A DNA stretch of 63,433 bases, the filler included, from Octopus bimaculoides (lineage: Eukaryota): NCBI RefSeq assembly GCF_001194135.2. It is 7 parts of 7 records of this genome, joined end to end, with 100 filler letters (N's around TTAATTAATTAA, not from the genome) between each part and the next. Parts side by side here need not be neighbours in the genome. Positions count along the whole stretch, not along the records: positions 58,112 to 61,419 come from NC_068989.1; positions 61,520 to 63,433 come from NC_068987.1; 5 more parts are not named here. One strand, 5' to 3'. The notes under the pieces are model-generated. The model was not told where the DNA came from and made no database searches. It worked only from the letters and a program-made list of their open reading frames with translations. Below are positions 59,815 to 63,433 of the stretch, one piece after another; the first letter of the stretch is position 1; each line of letters starts with the position of its first letter. The position numbers and the translations under genes are program-made.

Positions 59815-60501
59815 ATATAGTGCATTCAAAAAGTTTCCGACTTCATGTTTTTCACGTTACAACAATCGATACCGCGTGGAGAAAAACCTTTGGGTGAAAG
59901 GCAACGCCACCTTTCCTGCACATGCGCGAAAATTATCGCGCCAGTAGGCCGCGTCAGTTTCCGGCAGTTATGTCTAGAGTACAGACATGTAATGCGCGCT
60001 CGTCGGATTTTTGTTTTCACCGAATGCATCGAACAGAGATATTGCGTCAAATTTTGCCAAAAGCTTGGCAATACTGATGCTCAAACCACCCAGAAGATTC
60101 AGCAGGCGTTTAGGGATGATGTCATAGGAAAAACTCAGATCAAGGAGAGGTACAAACGCCTCAAGCATGACCTCACCTCAGTGGAGAGCGAAGATCGTTC
60201 AAGCAGGCCATCCACGATTAAGGTTCAGCGAATAGTTATGGTAGACAGTCGTGTAACAATCCATGAAATTTCTCACGAAATGGGAATAAGCATAGGATCA
60301 ATGCTTTCTAGAGGATTTGTGCATACGGAGAAGTCTGTACTCTAGGCGTAACAGACAGGAACTGACGCGGCCTACCAATGCGAAAAATTTCATGCATTCA
60401 CAGGAAAGGTGGCGTTGCCTGTCACCTAAAGAATTTTCCCCACGAGGCATAAGTTTTGGAGAGAAAAATAAATTCGGATACTTTTTTGAACGCACCTCAT
60501 A
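59815..60501 (+). mobile_element. Internally deleted mariner with inverted ends of about 170 bp
   Basis: TIR gtgcattcaaaaagtttccga / tcggatactttttgaacgcac. The N-terminal HTH reads EQRYCVKFCQKLG..RPST..DSRVTIHEISHEMGISIGS. Confidence 0.85.
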
Positions 60502-60659
60502 TACGTGATTTAATTATTTTGGTGTTCCTTCAGATTGTAAAGCTCAATCTTATAACTTGTTCGACTGTTACCTACATCCAGCTCTGCCCAGGTCAGCCCC
60601 GAATGAGTAGCACTACGAATAAAAGGGTTCAAGCTATGATCAACCTGTTGATATTCAGG

Positions 60660-60802
60660 ACACCGTTGTCTAAGCTTATTATTCTATCGGTCTCTTTGGC
60701 CGAACCGCTAAGTTACGGGGACGTAAATACACCACCATCAGTTGTCAAGCGATGTTGGGGGGAGGGGGACAAACACAAACACACAAACATATATACACAC
60801 GC

Positions 60803-60881
<79 letters not shown>

Positions 60882-61040
60882 TACGACGGGCTTCTTTCAG
60901 TTTCCGTCTACCAAATCCACTCACAAGGATTTGGTCGGCCCGAGGCTATAGTAGAAGACACTTGCCCTAGGTGCCACGCAGTGGGAATGAACTCGGAACC
61001 ATGTGGTTGGTAAGCAAGCTACTTATTACACAGCCACTCC
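60660..61040 (-). mobile_element. SINE family A
   Basis: Complete head and body with a central (TA/CATA)n. Confidence 0.85.
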
Positions 61041-61044
61041 TGCG

Positions 61045-61200
61045 TCTGGTTAGTTCATCTCTGCTCCACAAACGTTTTGGAAAATGTTCCGTAAGAAATT
61101 ACAGTACATTGAGATCCCAGAGTAGAAGTGTACCATCTTGCTATAGAATATTGCTCAAGAACGGTCTTTTGCAATTTTTTAGTGTCTGGTACCAAAGTAT
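61045..61200 (-). mobile_element. Tc1/mariner transposase catalytic-region remnant
   Basis: ..QDGTLLLWDLNV..FLTEHFPKRLWSRD resembles QDGAPxHWxxxVRxFLxxxFPxRWIGR. Confidence 0.45.
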
Positions 61201-61259
61201 TTCCCAGTAATTCCAAATTTGTCGTGATGGTAAAAAAAAAAAATTAATGAAAAAAAAAA

Positions 61260-61400
61260 AGCAGGAATGGCTGTGTGGTAAGTAGCTTGCTTACCAACCA
61301 CATAGTTCCGGGTTCATTCCCACTACGTGGCACCTTGGGTAAGTGTCTTCTACTATAGCCTTGGGCCGACCAAAGCCTTGTGAGTGGATTTGGTAGACGG
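61260..61400 (+). mobile_element. SINE family A 5' half
   Basis: gcaggaatggctgtgtggtaagtagcttgcttaccaaccaca..ccgggttcattcccact. Confidence 0.85.
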
Positions 61401-61463
61401 AAACTGAAAGAAGCCTGTCNNNNNNNNNNNNNNNNNNNNNNNNNNNNNNNNNNNNNNNNNNNN

Positions 61464-61475
61464 TTAATTAATTAA
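61464..61475. other. Artificial join spacer TTAATTAATTAA
   Basis: Same 12-mer between N runs. Confidence 0.9.
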
Positions 61476-61519
61476 NNNNNNNNNNNNNNNNNNNNNNNNN
61501 NNNNNNNNNNNNNNNNNNN

Positions 61520-61584
<65 letters not shown>

Positions 61585-61744
61585 CTATGTATTAATAAAA
61601 TTGGTTTGTTAAGATTGATGTGTCAGTCTGCTATAGTTGCAACACCCACCTCCACCCTCAGCTAGCCTTGCAAAGATTTTAGCATTCCAATAAATAACAA
61701 AATGAAAAATATGACACTCATTACCTGCTGGTATCTGTGTTTGT

Positions 61745-61899
61745 GTGTGTGTGTGTGCATGTGTCTAACTGTATGAGACTGGGTGCTTGACTGTGTTTGT
61801 GTGTTTACACATAACTGTATAAGACTATGTGTTTGTGCGTGCATGCACGTATCTATATGAGACTGTGAGTTTGTCTGTGTGCATATAACTGTATGAGAC

Positions 61900-61933
<34 letters not shown>

Positions 61934-62070
61934 CATGCACCTGTATAAGACACTGCGTGTTTGTGTATGTGCGCATAACTCTATGAGACTGTGTGTATGT
62001 GTGTGTGCACATAGCTGTGTAAGACTGCGTGTGCATGTGTGTTTGAGTGTGTTTGTGTGTGAAACAATAA
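61745..62070. repeat. GT-derived minisatellite of about 40-bp units anchored by aactgtatgagact
   Basis: About seven degenerate copies of ctgtat(g/a)agact separated by GT-rich spacers. Confidence 0.7.
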
Positions 62071-62319
62071 CAAAATGTGTATGTCAGTATCTGTATGTTT
62101 AACATACAGACTGCATGTGGCATGTCTGCTGTTATCTGTGTCTGTGCATATGTGTGTGTGCTTATATATGTATGCATGTGTGTATGCATAAAATGAATAG
62201 ACTGTGTGCATGTGTACGTAACAATATGTGACTGTGTTTGAGTGTATATGTGTGTATGTCATTGTCTGTGTATGTTCGTGTAACAATAGGAGGTTATGCA
62301 ATTGTCTGCTGGTATCTGC

Positions 62320-62465
62320 TAGTGTGTGGCTTAGAAGTTAGGTTATTCAGTTCACGGTCGTGAGTACAAAAACCAGTGGCACATTGTTACACTGTACTCC
62401 TCCAGTCCACTCAGCTTGCAAAAGTTAGTTGTACTTGTAATTCACAAGGCTGACCTTGTATGTTT
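62320..62465 (+). mobile_element. SINE family C head and body (diverged)
   Basis: ccagtccactcagc is the reverse complement of the 17570 region. Confidence 0.45.
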
Positions 62466-63039
62466 ATAAAGTCATAGATAACAAAGATGTAGTTTCATGA
62501 AATTGTATTTAACAATATGAAAATTCTAGTATTTAACAAAAACTTTCTTCCACCCGGGGACATTATTTTCAAGGATTTTTGGCTTTAGCATTAATGCAGC
62601 CATGTAAGTGATATATTTATCATTAAATACAATTTTTCATTTTTTTTTTTTTCATTTTATCTAGTTTCAGCTCATGAGCTCTGGCCATGCTGGGGCACTG
62701 CCATTTGGTGTTGCTACACAATTTTATTTCACAAATTTTACTTCAGGAATTGATATTTGGTGCATGACAGAGTTTGATGCAGCCGCCCTCATCTGCACCT
62801 CCTGCCAAGAATATGAATTATTTACATGTTTCTAAGTTACGAAACAATATGTTATGACATTAGAATTTTCTTATTGTTAAATAAAATTTCATGAAATTAT
62901 TTCTGTCATTCATGACTTTATACACACCCTATAATTCTCTCTTGTACAGTACTATATATTCTATGTTTTGAAGAATGATACATTATGATGCATTTTAATG
63001 AGTACTACCTGATTACAGTATCCATATACTGTGCTTTAA

Positions 63040-63084
<45 letters not shown>

Positions 63085-63433
63085 GGTATCTATGTATGTA
63101 TGTATGTATGTATGTATATATAGTTTAAAGATCTGATAAAGGTAGAGTAAAAAAAAGAACATACTCCATCTAGTGAGAGCTAAATATCAATTTAAATACA
63201 AAACCATAAGAGCTATTAATAGTTCCATGCTTTTATGATACTAGAAAGGCATATTTATGAAATGTGTCATGTATCTTAAAGCATTCTTTGAGATTGCTTT
63301 AAGATAAATGGTGTATTTTCTATATATATGTGTGTGTGTGTGTGTGTGCATGTCTCTGTGTGTATATATACATACACACATATACATATGCATGTCTATA
63401 TATGTTTTTATATATATATATATATATATATAT

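Overview
AT-rich, microsatellite-rich and gap-rich animal genomic DNA from a draft assembly. The repeat landscape suggests a cephalopod, probably Octopus; this is inference, not verified. About a quarter of the window is N, and six artificial TTAATTAATTAA spacers mark sequence joins, so adjacency across them is unreliable. No host protein-coding gene can be called with confidence, only weak candidate exons. Recognisable content is almost all mobile DNA: a stack of R4/Dong-like RLE non-LTR retrotransposon pieces in (TAA)n tracts (1-8 kb and 46 kb), RTE LINE 3' ends, three tRNA-derived SINE families, Penelope-like (PLE) RT and 3' fragments, a decayed Helitron, a full-length decayed Tc1, an internally deleted mariner, TTAA-flanked MITEs and several foldback elements. 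The most notable signal is about ten minimal type-I hammerhead ribozyme motifs from several families. These include a 350-nt tandem, highly structured retrozyme-like unit (13.4-14.1 kb), a tRNA-headed SINE carrying a hammerhead (20.1-20.4 kb) and twin hammerheads 164 nt apart downstream of an unexplained 160-codon ORF (33.8-34.7 kb).
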